Shown here: positions 27,719 through 39,853 of the stretch, one piece after another
Layout: each line of letters starts with the position of its first letter
Position numbering within the stretch: position 1 is the first letter of the stretch
NCBI GenBank assembly: GCA_000002435.2
Contig: CM018793.1
Length of the DNA stretch: 64,000 bases
Strand: one strand, 5' to 3'
DNA from: Giardia intestinalis
Lineage: Eukaryota
The notes under the pieces: model-generated
Told to the model about the DNA's origin: nothing
Database searches by the model: none
Seen by the model: the letters and a program-made list of their open reading frames with translations, nothing else
Made by a program: the position numbers and the translations under genes

Positions 27719-29419
27719 TGAGGCTGGAGGGGACTGGTGGGACCAGGTGGTGGGTGTTCGTATGCGCCCCTGACCTTTTAGTGGACTGGGGTGATCCCCG
27801 CTCTGTTTGCCAAGGTGGTTGTGTCTGATCTTCAACCATCGTTGCACTCCCGAGACAGAGGCACCGACGATCGTGTCGTGTCCCCCTGAGTGAGCGCCTC
27901 CCTTGGCCCCTGCATGCCTCGGGCAGTACTGCTCTGTCTGGCTGGTGCATGAGGGCTGAGGCAGACCATCGCAGCCTCTCCTGTTGCTCGCTGATGCTCT
28001 GTGACGGGTCTGCTGGGCCCCTGGCATGCCCTGTCCGGTGCCTCGACGATAGTTCACCTCGGGCCAGCAGGGGTGTGGATGACCTTGTGAATGGGATGGG
28101 GTTCTCTCATGCCTCTAGTGTGATGACTCAAAAGACTAACACGGTGGGGCATCGGTGACTGCACTGTCCCCGTGGTCAGCTGTGCTGCTCCTGGTGGGTC
28201 CTTGTTGTGGAGCGCTGTGTATCATCCATAGGCAGAGGTGAGCCTCCTTGGTCTCAGGATGCTCTACCATCAGAGAGGAGCACGCTGGGGGTCACCCAAC
28301 ATCACCTGCTGTGCCCTCGGGAGTTCCCGGTGTGGTCTACTAACCTTAACACCTCTCGTGGCTCTGATGACCCCTCGGGGAGAGCCGGGGTGTCCTATGC
28401 CAGGGAGGCGTGCACCTTCCTGCATGAGCTGGGCCATCCACTGCACTGCCCCCAAGGAGGTCTGCTATGAGAGGCAGTGGGATGATTGACAGCCCCTCAG
28501 AGTGGGTGGAGGGCGCTCGTGGTCGTCTCTGTGACCGGGCATCACTCTGATAGTCGGCTCTGTGCCTGCGTGGTGCTCAGAGGTCACCTGTCTGCCTCAT
28601 TGCCTGCTGGACAGCCGGCCTCTTGTGTCATCCGAAGGCCTCCTCACTCCTCTGGCTGCTGCCCCCTCGGGTCATCGATGGAGACCAGCGGAGTCTTCGG
28701 TGGGTCTGGTGCCTGTCTGGGTGTCATGGGGGCTGGCAGCTATCAGGGCTCTGCCACTGCTCACCTGCCTGGAGTGTGCCTCCCTTGGGTCTGCTGTGCT
28801 GTAGTGTTTGAGTCCTCTGGTTTCCTATCAGGCCCTGGTTGTGAGGGTGACCCCACCTGGCCCTCTGATGTCCCTGTGGATGAGCATAGCAGCTGTCTGG
28901 CTGGGGATCTCTGGTGCCCGTGGCTGTTGCTGCCTCTCGGGTGCTCGGGTGGTTGCCTGGCACTCTCGTATGGGACACAGTCAGCGTGTCCCGAGCAGAC
29001 CCTAGTCCTCTCTGGGTCATGCACAGTCTGTCCGTGTGTGGATGGTCCTCCTGCACTCAGGTCCATCTGTGCATACTATCACTCAGCCTCGAGAGCAGGC
29101 CAGTGCCAGTTACTAGGGCTGCTGTCAGAGGGAGTCGTCTGCCACTACCATCGCTCGAGCAGCCCTGCAGATCAGGCTGGTTGCTGTGCACCCTCATGGC
29201 AGGGCTGCCTGACTCCCTTGGTCATCCTCTCTGTCCCGGTGTGCACGGCTCCTGAGGGTTGCCTGGGTGGAGGCACTCACAGACCACGAGCACACAGAGG
29301 GATGAGTCACAGGTAGACAGCCCCCAGTCACCACAGCTGCGATCACCCCAGTTCACCGGACCCAGGGGCACATACGAGCACCACCAACCTCAGCCCCCAC
29401 CAGAGCCCCTCCAGTCCCA
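27719..29419. other. unique ~1.7-kb GC-rich spacer between inverted arms. Low-complexity, no credible gene
   Basis: Not self-complementary around centre 28569. Overlapping Cys/Gly/Pro/Ser-rich pseudo-ORFs on both strands. Confidence 0.6.
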
Positions 29420-29422
29420 CCG

Positions 29423-29443
29423 CCCCATACCCCCGCCCCACCC
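29423..29443 (-). other. mirror G-quadruplex motif (C-rich on + strand) at the inner end of the right arm
   Basis: Sequence ccccatacccccgccccaccc on the + strand. Confidence 0.6.
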
Positions 29444-29888
29444 ACCAGCCGGCCCACTGAGACACAGGTGACTGGACTGTGGGAGCGCTGACTCGAGCCA
29501 CAGCTGCCCGGACACCGAGGGCCCAGCCAGCGGAGAGCCCGGTGGCAGCCCCTGACAGACGGGGCATCTAAAAAAGGACGGCGACCGGAGCTTCACCCAC
29601 CACGAAGGAAGACCAACGAGAGGCGCCACTGGTGGACGATGCAAATGGATAGGTAAGCTGAATCCCAGGGTGAGTGACGCACACACTCGGATTGAGTACA
29701 CCCCCGCGAAATGGCAGAGGAGCGCACCAGGCTCTGGATATATCACTGGAGAGGACTCTCCGTCATGTTATTCATGACCAACCCTCGTCTCCGGACTAGT
29801 CAGAAAGGAGCGGACTCACTCACACGATCTCTGGGCGATCCTCAGATAGCCCCGGCAGAATAGCGTAATAAGCCATATACAGTGACGT

Positions 29889-29895
29889 GTTTACT
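29889..29895 (-). terminator. poly(A) signal AGTAAAC for VSP copy 2
   Basis: Mirror of 27243-27249. Confidence 0.6.
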
Positions 29896-29903
29896 ACCTA
29901 AGT

Positions 29904-31787
29904 CTACGCCTTTCCACGGCAGATAAACCACCAGCAGAGGAAGCCGACGAGGCCACCTACAACAACAATCACAGCCACGGAGATCCCCGCGATGGCACCC
30001 GTGGAGAGGCCGCTCTTGTTCGTGCTTCCACCTGTGTTGTCGCCAGTGCCATCGTCGGTCTCTTGTCGCGTTATGTAGCAGATGACAGATCCTTGACCAT
30101 TAGATGGAGGAGCACAGCTTACGCAATTAGCGACACCGGTAATTTGGCTGTTATTAGTATCGCATCTTGCGCAGCTATCCCCAGATTTATAGTATCCAGG
30201 GAAACACTCTGAGCATGCTTTGGGACTACCACTAGTTGCGCACTTTGAGCAGCCAGCTGGACATGCTGGGCAAGAACCCAAATTGCTATCTGCTGTTTGC
30301 CCATTGGCGCATGTTGTGCACTTTCCACTAGCAGCGATAGAGCAGAGGGTATTACCAGGATACGTTGTTGACTGATAGCACCCACCAGATTGTAAGAAAT
30401 ATGTACCTGTGCAGGCCGTACATGTCCCATCGTTTCCTGCTGTGCATCCAGTTACTGCTCTTGAAGCCGTCGATACACAGACGCCATCCACTGGGGCAAA
30501 TCCAACCTTACACCTGCTGCAATACTTGGAGCTACCTATAACGGCCGTGCATTGGTCAGCTTCGCAGTTCTCTGCGTACTCTCCAGTGCACTCGGGAACG
30601 CACATGCCCATGTTGCCAGTTTCACCGCGCTTTAATACAAACCCTGGATAACAAACTGTACAAAAGTTGGCTCCTGCATTACCATCACATTCTGCACATG
30701 TACTATGACATAAAGGACAAATATTGCCAGAATCAGCATGTGTTCCAGGAGGACAGCTATCCAAACATGCGTCTCTTAGAGGACTGAGCCATTTAGTATT
30801 ACATTCAGTGCATACGATCTCTACTCCTGCCTTCGCAGACGTTGTTTTGAGAGAACACTTTTTGCAGTCATCTATGCCACCATTTGTAGCTGCACTGCAA
30901 GCGATACATTTCTTGACCTCATCAACAATAGTTGGGAAGTATCCGTCACCGCACCCCGTTTCTGTGACGCAACTAGAAGGAGTCGCATCCGCAGCTGGTT
31001 TTAGATAGAAATTTGCAACGCATTCAGTGCATGTCGCAGGAGTGTTTTGCGTATTAGATGACGTGCACTTAGCACAGTTGTCAACTCCGTGCCAGCCTTC
31101 CTCTGTTTTAGAGTTACATTTAAGGCACTTACCTGCGGCTCCATTGGTTGCTCCAAGGAAGTAGCCATCTGTACACGACTTGCACTTATTCTCTTCTGCA
31201 GCTTCACATGTCCTACAACTTTCATGGCATTTTTCACAAGTAGCACCAAAGTACCCGTCTTCACAGGTTGTGCACGTTGCAGCACCAGCGCCACCGGGAG
31301 CATCACATACTAGGCACTTAGCAACACCCTTATACTGAGTACTACTAAGTGTTACGCCTATTTCATCACCGCACCAAACGACAGAATCATGAGTATCGTC
31401 TGTATTTGCTGGTGGAATGAAGTAGTTCTTCGCATCAGCAGCTTGCGTACACTTGCCACCAGCAGCCTGCTTGCACATTTTAGTACCAGTACCCGGTCCA
31501 GCTGCACCGGCCAGATAACATCCGCCTTTGTACATGAAGTATGCGTCTACGCATTTTCCACATGTTTTATCAGTGTCATCTACTGCTTGTCCTTCAGCCT
31601 TTGTACATTTACCAGCGGCACTACCAACTGCTGTACATACTCCATCAATTGGGACTTTTCCTGCTGTGCACTGAGTGCAAATTTCGGTGTCTCCGATCAT
31701 TTCGCACTTATCCTCTACACAATTTTGTGCTTGCTTGCATGCTGCCGCGAGAGCACTCAACACAAGATAGAATACTACCAACAACAT
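29904..31787 (-). CDS. variant-specific surface protein (VSP), copy 2, identical to copy 1 and convergent with it
   Basis: Identical 673/627-aa translation. The two stop codons are 2.67 kb apart, tail-to-tail. Confidence 0.9.
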   Translation of the reverse strand: MLLVVFYLVLSALAAACKQAQNCVEDKCEMIGDTEICTQCTAGKVPIDGVCTAVGSAAGKCTKAEGQAVDDTDKTCGKCVDAYFMYKGGCYLAGAAGPGTGTKMCKQAAGGKCTQAADAKNYFIPPANTDDTHDSVVWCGDEIGVTLSSTQYKGVAKCLVCDAPGGAGAATCTTCEDGYFGATCEKCHESCRTCEAAEENKCKSCTDGYFLGATNGAAGKCLKCNSKTEEGWHGVDNCAKCTSSNTQNTPATCTECVANFYLKPAADATPSSCVTETGCGDGYFPTIVDEVKKCIACSAATNGGIDDCKKCSLKTTSAKAGVEIVCTECNTKWLSPLRDACLDSCPPGTHADSGNICPLCHSTCAECDGNAGANFCTVCYPGFVLKRGETGNMGMCVPECTGEYAENCEADQCTAVIGSSKYCSRCKVGFAPVDGVCVSTASRAVTGCTAGNDGTCTACTGTYFLQSGGCYQSTTYPGNTLCSIAASGKCTTCANGQTADSNLGSCPACPAGCSKCATSGSPKACSECFPGYYKSGDSCARCDTNNSQITGVANCVSCAPPSNGQGSVICYITRQETDDGTGDNTGGSTNKSGLSTGAIAGISVAVIVVVGGLVGFLCWWFICRGKA

Positions 31788-34700
31788 TGAAGTTCTGTTC
31801 GGGTTATGCCAATGCGGAAACAAAATTTTGTCAGCAATCCTATGTTCAGCCAATAGAACAATGCATTTGTCAGATATTGTGTTAAAGATCCAAAGAACTT
31901 GATCCGGTGCCAACCTTGCCGTCATGACAAAACATGGATCTAATTACTGCTTAGACAGCAAGCGATCTGCCGTCCTTGCATCCCTGGGAACCGGCCCCTG
32001 CGGACCCCATGCGCCGGTGCTCTCCCCCTGGATCGCTCTCGTCCTTCGGTTATGCCCGTGACCCTTAGCTGTCGTGGGGGAGTTACACTCAGAGACAAAT
32101 CCTCGGAGGATCTCGAGAGAAGATTGCATCAGTCACTAAAGTTCGTAGAAGGTGTGGATCAACAGAGACAGGCTCATGGGGCACTCTGATCTGGTGGATG
32201 CATGGCGTTACTACTGGCCCCCTGTACTAAGTACCATTAGGGTTCTTCATTGCATGACAGAGTGGCAAGTAGAACTCAGAGACGGGTCAGCCCTCCCGTG
32301 TCTAGTCAAGGGGAAGCACTGCCCAGACCGTGCTGTCTCCTGAGCTGATGGAGAGGACTCCCATCACCCCTTGAATTACTCTGATGCTACCGCTCTATCG
32401 TACCAGAAGCACCCAGGCCTGCGGTACCTTGGTCTGTTGATGTGAGTGACACAGAGCTCTCTGTGTTAGGCTGTCTTCATGAGAGACGAGATCCAGAGGG
32501 ACTGTGCTGGTTTGATAGCCAGTGACCAGGCCCATACTCAGCGTGGCCTCGTGTGGGTACCAGGGTAGTTGGGTGCCCATCCACTGATAAGGGAGTCGAA
32601 CAACATTTAGCTGCTACTTTCGGGCCAATCTGTGTCTGATCATGGTAGATATGCCGATCGGTGCAAGCGTCCTACCTCTTGATTCATGCATCATGTCACC
32701 TGGTAGAGGGCGTGGTATGGTTCTATACACCTCTCTGTGATGCTACTGCGAGAAGTAGATCCTTATTGTGTGGCTACGGAAGCCGAATAGTCTCCGAAGA
32801 CACCATATCCTTGTGATCTCCAGCATGGCCCCGCTAGAGCCCAGAGCTCAATGTTCACAGGCCAGTGTAGGAAGTGAAAGTCTAGCAACACACACCTTGA
32901 GCGGGAGTGCCACAAACATGCATCGGATACGATCCTGCCAAGAATCCTGTAGGAGGCTGTCCTGGACCTCAGTGGTTGGAGAATCTTCAATAGAAAAATG
33001 GCTACTGTACTCACTCATTCATTGTTGTGAAGGCTTCCTATCGATGTTTATTGATGCGGGCTGGATGACCTCTGTCCACCTGTAGGACTCGACTGCTGTG
33101 CGTTGTAGACGATCGACGAGACTGATATCGCCCTCCATCCGTTGGGTTTATACGAGTGGACGAACTCTGTAGCTGACTGGTTACTATAAGAAAGCCTGCG
33201 CCTATGAGGTCACAGCTTGCATTCGATAGGTAAAAGGCTCTATTGGGCCACAATGTTCCTTGCAGGCTCTGCGGGGCGTGTGGCTACCCCCACGCAACAA
33301 CTGAGATATAGCTCTGCCTAGCTGAGGCTTGCAGGCACGAGCACGGTACAGCTCCTTTCAGTTTATGAAGTCAAACACACTCCAGACGACGGAGATAGAT
33401 AGAGACCCGGATGCATCCAATGCTAGCCTGAGCTGTTCCAATCTTTACTATCCGAGGAATTAACAGGACCACAGAATGGCAGAGGCCTACCTCATGCTCC
33501 TGCTTAGAAGTCTGCGCCTTAGCGAAAGTACGCGTCACGGTCACTGCTGACTACCTGCTGGTGAGTTGTTATCTGCTTTTGAGACCATTAGTTGAGTTGC
33601 TAGTTAAATTGAGAAGCAATGACAGTATTACTCAGACAATGAGCCGAGAAAGCTGATGCTGGTTGTGTACCTCCCACGCTGAGCATACCCACTGTGCAGG
33701 GCAAAGGATCTAATGCCCTAAGTGGTCAGATGAAGCTAAGGCGCTTGTCAGTAACGATATGCATACGGGCTTCAGCCAGAGACTTACGAAGAAACGCTGA
33801 GGAGCCCAAGACCTGCCAGATCTGTATAAGGGACATAACGGATGCCCAGATGATAAATCTATTGACCCTTTTCCTTGGTAGACAGGAGTCTGGCTTGTAG
33901 TGGCCGTCTGCGTGACGTATGCCTTTACAGAACTGATGGAAGTACCCATTGATCTGGAAAGGTCATTAATAAATGGTTGCACGAGATAGGCAAGCAGAGA
34001 ACAGGAGTGGACCACACTATCCTGGCTGATGAGCAATCCAGACTATATAATACGTATACAATCCTTGGCCGAAGTGGAGATGCACCGTAGACTTAGCCAC
34101 GTGAGCTGAGAGCGCTGCTAGCGATCATCTGCCATGAGAAGACGCAGGTGAGAAATCTGTGGACAGCAACCACGCCGACTGGTACCAGCCTGCACAGCAT
34201 GCCTCTACAATAGATCCTCGCCAATATGCGGAGAGAAGGTAAACTTCTTCAACTTCAGACGAGGCAGGCCGCTGATAAATATTACGCTGTTAGGAATATA
34301 TAAAATCAAAAAGCAGCTTTCAACTTATCTGTAGACCCCGCGATCTTTACCACTCGGAGACCAGAGAGGCGCTACAGGCGTCTCTGCTGCAATCCGGGCT
34401 AGTAGCTGGCCTCTCTGACGCCAGTCTTACTTCACTGATTCGCTGGTCACCCTATATTCTCCATGCGGACCGGCTCTCCAGAAACCGTTATGCACGGATA
34501 GTCTTTTGAGTACCCGAATAACATCCTCATCCGCTGAGGTGTGTCACCAAGGACTAGATACCATAAGGTCAACGCAACCAGAGACAGGCCCCCTCGCAGT
34601 CCTGTCCAACACTAGCAGCGAGGATCCAAACGAGTACATAGATAAGTGAGGAGTGTATCATAGCTCAAACCGGTCATCGCACTAAGATCATAACAATCGA

Positions 34701-37700
34701 TGTATAGAGTTCTGCTTTTGGCTTATGTGTGGATTTATGTCTCACCTTGAAAGGCAGCAGATCGTTCTATGGCACCTTTCCTAGTGTTCAGTTGTCATTA
34801 CAACTGGTGAAATTGCAACCATAGAGACTGTATGCCTTCCTAGAAGAGTGTCCAGTGCGACTAACTGATATTCTTTATTAACAACAGGCAGGGTAGATAC
34901 TATAGTATCTACACCACCTACTAGGGCGGCGCATGGCCATGCATGCATCAGTAGAGAAGCTGCTGTAATCTCTGCTCAGTCTGTTGGGTAGATGCAGCCC
35001 CTCATCGCAGCAAACATGGTGGTGGGCAGGTCGCCTGTGTAAGCTAGCTGATCCGTCCATTCTGGTCTAGCTGCGTGCATTTGGAGGCTGTAGTGCACAT
35101 TCATGAAGACAACGCACCGTCTATACATACCATGCCTCGTTCTGTGCTATTCACAGGTCTTAGCGTCTCAGAAGTCAAGGCTAGTGCAGAATGCCCCAAA
35201 CTACCCATCTAGAGGGCCAAAGCTGATACCGCGCATAATACATCATCTTAGGGAGACAATGGCTGCCGTCATTGTTCCGGATTTTTTAGTGTCAGACAAT
35301 CGACCCCACGATGAGTTTACTCTTCGCAGCTTCCGTCTGCATATCGAAGCTGGCTTCTGGCTGCTCAGGCAGCGGATGAGGAGGTTGTACAAAGCGTCAG
35401 TCGCTGGGCTGCCTTCTATCCGCACATGGCCCTGAATGTAGCTCCCACCTATCCGAGACATATGCACTTCTAGAAAGTGATCGGGTAGCATCTAGAGCTG
35501 TTCATGATGGGCATGGTCATTATTCACTTAGCTCTGCCCTTTTCCCAACCATCAGGGGATACCTCCCTAGCTACATGCCCCGAAGTACTACATAATAATA
35601 GCAAAATGGCACTATCACTCTTTAAGCTTCCCTGACCTGTCGGCAGTGTGCCTCCCAACATCCAGTGCGGCACCACCGGATGAATCTATGCGGCTGTGGA
35701 TACCTTACAGCATCGCATTCATCTAGCTCACTGTATACCCTATTCTATCTGGGAGCAACCCAGTCGTGCACAGGAGCCCTTACCTCCCACCCAGGGCCCA
35801 GTCCAATGCTCAGTTGGCTCGGATGCCCTACTGCACCCTGTAAAGCCTCGTTGAGACCATAGATGTGGTGTGCTGCTGGGCGCACCATCCCACGTCGCGC
35901 TGCTATAGAACACTGGTTATCAGGCTGTCCATAGCCCACTACAGGAACTGTAGGACATGACCACACGTAGAGTGCCTGAGTCACTGTGTACGCTGTCCAC
36001 CGACGTGCCCTGGTACCTGCGGATGGAAACGCGTCGCTACGGCCACACGGGTATTTACACGTCCTAAAAGCTCTCATGCCATGCAGTACAGGGTCTGCTA
36101 CTTGGCATGGACCCTTCGATACCGAGACTCTAGAAGAGCATCCCAGGCACCTCCAGTCCTGTTCAGAGAGGAGGCACGCTACGAGAAAACTAGCTATTTC
36201 TCACTATTGTCTGATCTGGCTGGAAGTTCGCATGAAGATTCTCACCACGTGACCAGCACAATCTCCTGTCGTCCAGCCACGGTAACACTTTGGGGTATTA
36301 GAGTGCAGCTCACGTGTTACCTTTATCCCCTCTAGAGAGTCCAGGTTGTGAATGTTCTTGTAGGAGAGAAGCCCGTGACCCGAGGGCAGTTGTTCTTCAT
36401 CAAGGCGTCTTCGACGCACTTGACAATCTGATCCCTGTTAGAGGCCTTCTGGTGGCTGTTGCTCATATATCAACGACCCACCAGTCTGACAAAGCACACC
36501 TCATTTGCTTCACGAGGTGCTCTCGCCTCTTTTGACTGGGGTTCTATAAGAAGGGTCTTTATCATCCCTGAGCATGGCTATGGGGTGGGTGCTGAAAAGG
36601 ATGTCCCTCTCCTCTTCATTCCCATCCCTTCACGCAGTTACGCTCTACACTCGATGTTTGTGTTGCAGTGCACCTGGACGGCTCTCTGACCTCGGTGGGT
36701 TCAGTGCAGAACGAGCATATGCTCGAGTGACTACCATCTGGTGCCACATCAGCACAGAGTGTTTCGTTTTAGCCAGATGTCTCCTACTCGCCATTCTGGT
36801 GCTGAAGCATTTGGGGCAACAGATGATGGGGACTCCCCCAATCCTGGTATCCTCCAGCGTGTGAAACGCCCCCAGGTTCTTAAATGAGGCCTGAATTAGC
36901 TCTATGTCCCGTGTCAAGCTCTCACATGTGCACCTAAGGCTCCTGTTCTTGCTATGGTGTCGGAGCATCTCCCTCGAGAGACCAGCAGCATCCACAGTGT
37001 ATAGGTACGAGTCGGAGTCCATGCGGTCCTCACAAAGCATCAGCAGACGCATGACTCCTATCGGGGCAGTCAGTGACTGGAAGCCCTGCCTCCTCTGGAG
37101 CACAGGATCCGGGGAGAACGGAGCTCCATCACCTGTTCTTGTCTTGTCGATAACGAAGGCCATCTGTTCCAGGTCTTGATTACATAGCTCGCAGTCTACG
37201 TGTCGATTGCTGATCCCTATCGAGGTCTCCCAAGAGCAAGAGCTAGGAGTTGCATCTAAACGCCTCCAGAGGACTTGGAAGGCCTTCTGATCTCTCTCAG
37301 CGTCCTGGGGATGTTGGCGTAGGCGTCATCTGGTGCAGCATGATGTAACACAGCCTGTAAGCTATGGAGGTGTGGAAAGGGAAATGAAATGCCTTATTTG
37401 GCGTATGAGACTCCAGTTGAATGAGCCTGAGGCGGGAGGCTTCCCAGGACGCGGCGTTCGGTGCCTTGCCCGCGGCAAAGCTCTTCAGTCAGGAGGTGCA
37501 GGCGTGTCTTCCATAACTCCTGGCGCCATGGACAATACAATAGAGGCAAGGCGGGCCTCAAAAGGCGAGATAATGCGTTCATGAGCCACTTCCCATTTGA
37601 CGACTAGCCCAGCTGGGGAGAGGGTTCAGTGATAGCGGCAACCGTCTTAGAAGTCCGCCACACGCTTGCTCTTTAGTAGGGAGATCGACTGGGGCGGCGA

Positions 37701-37837
37701 GCGCGAGGGCCCTCTTCGCCTGCAGTACCATCATCCCGCCAAGTGTCTGCCGGATCCCGCTTCGAGTCGTTTCTATCGGCATGCGGATCCGGAGGCTGCT
37801 GCAGGTGAGAGGGTCGGGTATCAGGTCGCCGCGGAAA

Positions 37838-39817
37838 ATGGAAAGTGAATGTAAAAAATTACACATGGAGCCTCAAAGATTGTCCTTAGAGACATGGATT
37901 TTTCAGTTAGAGCAAGGGTATGATGAAGATCTTGCTAGTGTAGCACCAGAATATGTCAAGGCCAAAGGAGCTTCCGGGGAATCTAGCTTTTTACTCGCCT
38001 CTAACATGCGCGCATTTCGAGCTTTGAAATGCCTTCTTACTGCTCCACAGACTGCTCTATCACAAGATGAGCTAGAAACTATTCTCCGTACTACTATTTT
38101 CGAGGTGAATAATCGACTTGCCTTCAATTGTCTTCGTATTGTACTTGAGATAATAACTAACCAGGCTGAAGAACATGGAATCACTCTTCACTCGCATACT
38201 AGCGTACTGCAGGCACTCAAGATGGCAGAGACGCATGGGAACTATCGGGCGATGTTCTACCTTGCTTCCATTTTGGATGATGCACCTGCACTACTTCGAT
38301 ATTCCTATCTGTTCACAAAAGACCCACTGAGCTTACCAGTTCTTAAAAACTATGACTCAAAAGCCCAGTCTGTAGAGAAGGCTGAGGATCATCTCAACAA
38401 TTCTAAGTATCTCGCTAACGTACTTGAAAAGCTAGAACAGCCCGAGGATACTTCTACTGCCTATCAGCTTTCTCTTATTAATAGTGTATTATCGTTTTTG
38501 CAATCTATAATTGCGTGTCAGCAACCTTCTACCATATTCCCCAGAGTTGAAGAAGCCATTCATCAGCTACTGCAACGTGATTTGCCCGACACCCTAGGAA
38601 GAACCATCTTCTCTATAGTCTTATATTGCATACAAAGCCTGCATAAACGAGATAATATAGATAATAGTCAAATCACCACTACTAGCAACATCATGGATCC
38701 CCATATTTCCGTTGATACATTGCTTCAGTCTGACTCATTAAAAGATCAGCCATTCTCATGCACTGAGTCCTTCATCAATAAGAGAAGAGATGACAAGGGC
38801 ATCTTGTCTTACATAAAGACCCTTAACACTAAAATCTATACACATGAAGCAGAAATTCTACAATTACGGAAACAACTGGAGACGGTTAGATATAGACACC
38901 GGGAAGAGGCCGAGATCAATGGAAAGTTAAATACAGCCCTTTCTGAACAGTTAAAAGAGGAGATAGACAGGGCCATGATGCTGGAAAAGCAATCGTTGGA
39001 GAAAGATAAGGTGATTTTATCTATGCGTGAACTCTTAAAAGGCTGGATGAGGAACTTAAATACAGTACAGAGTAATGCAGATAGTAAAGCTAGTTGTGAA
39101 CTACTTCAAGATGGCAAGAATCTGTTGGGATACAATAGTGATGAGTTATTCGGCACCGGTACTAGTTTGAAGGAAAGTGCTGTGTTAGCAGAGAAGTACA
39201 TTGACTCTATGACGAGTAATCTTGCAGGTATTAACGATTCGCTGAAGAAACTTGACAATGAGAAGCAGTCCCTCTCTATGATGCAGAAGCACGTTCTTGG
39301 TCTGGAATATGAACAGGAGCAAATACTGAACAATAGAGATGACCTTAATACAGAGCTACTTGAAGCGGAGCTACGACACTATAGAAGGCTCTATTTCAGT
39401 CTAAAGGCACACTATGAAGCGATGGTAAACCTTTTACCAGGGGACGCAGCTGAATTGGCGAGCGATGTCCTAAATAACTTAATATTAGAAGGTAATGAAA
39501 GACATCTGGAATATTCTAGAGGTAGCAAAGACACTAGTGTTGAGCCGAGCGATGAACTAGGAGCATCTGGTCAATTATTTATGGATTGCAACTCTGCATG
39601 GAACGAACAAAACTCCACGTGGCGTAGATACATGAGTGATGGCGAATACCAACGCTATGTTGAACGTGCCGTGACTCCAACGGGCCTGTCCACAATCTTC
39701 CGGCATCAGACTGCGCCCGGCCCAGATTCTAAATCTGCCCAAATCCGGCCTTGGAGTGCAGTACTGCGTGGAGAGAACAAGGAAAGGAATAAAAGCGCTT
39801 CCAAAAGCTTCCACTGA
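37838..39817 (+). CDS. hypothetical coiled-coil protein (~660 aa)
   Basis: Long ORF. The first ATG lying outside the duplicated arm is MESECKK at 37838; the supplied ORF start at 37781 is inside the repeat. No domain recognised. Confidence 0.55.
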   Translation: MESECKKLHMEPQRLSLETWIFQLEQGYDEDLASVAPEYVKAKGASGESSFLLASNMRAFRALKCLLTAPQTALSQDELETILRTTIFEVNNRLAFNCLRIVLEIITNQAEEHGITLHSHTSVLQALKMAETHGNYRAMFYLASILDDAPALLRYSYLFTKDPLSLPVLKNYDSKAQSVEKAEDHLNNSKYLANVLEKLEQPEDTSTAYQLSLINSVLSFLQSIIACQQPSTIFPRVEEAIHQLLQRDLPDTLGRTIFSIVLYCIQSLHKRDNIDNSQITTTSNIMDPHISVDTLLQSDSLKDQPFSCTESFINKRRDDKGILSYIKTLNTKIYTHEAEILQLRKQLETVRYRHREEAEINGKLNTALSEQLKEEIDRAMMLEKQSLEKDKVILSMRELLKGWMRNLNTVQSNADSKASCELLQDGKNLLGYNSDELFGTGTSLKESAVLAEKYIDSMTSNLAGINDSLKKLDNEKQSLSMMQKHVLGLEYEQEQILNNRDDLNTELLEAELRHYRRLYFSLKAHYEAMVNLLPGDAAELASDVLNNLILEGNERHLEYSRGSKDTSVEPSDELGASGQLFMDCNSAWNEQNSTWRRYMSDGEYQRYVERAVTPTGLSTIFRHQTAPGPDSKSAQIRPWSAVLRGENKERNKSASKSFH

Positions 39818-39853
39818 TTGAGTGGTACGTCTTCGAGTAGATTTTTTAAAGCC

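Larger units (their letters stand above)
29420..37815. repeat. right arm of inverted duplication
   Basis: Reverse complement of 19323-27718. The outer junction lies ~23 nt upstream of the ATG at 37838. Confidence 0.9.

Noticed and set aside
28486-29316. 276-aa Cys/Gly/Pro/Ser-rich ORF in the spacer as a possible novel cysteine-rich gene
   Set aside because: No CxxC periodicity, no signal peptide or TM, no A/T-rich initiator or AGTRAAY signal. Equally long ORFs occur on the opposite strand, which is the pattern of GC-rich noncoding DNA. Kept only as a possible eroded remnant.
39818-39853. CTU1 ORF starting directly after the upstream stop codon (genes abutting with 0-bp spacer)
   Set aside because: The supplied ORF initiates at TTG. 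The first ATG (MNCEGCG) is at 39854, giving a 36-bp intergenic gap. Still very compact, but not a translational fusion or overlap.
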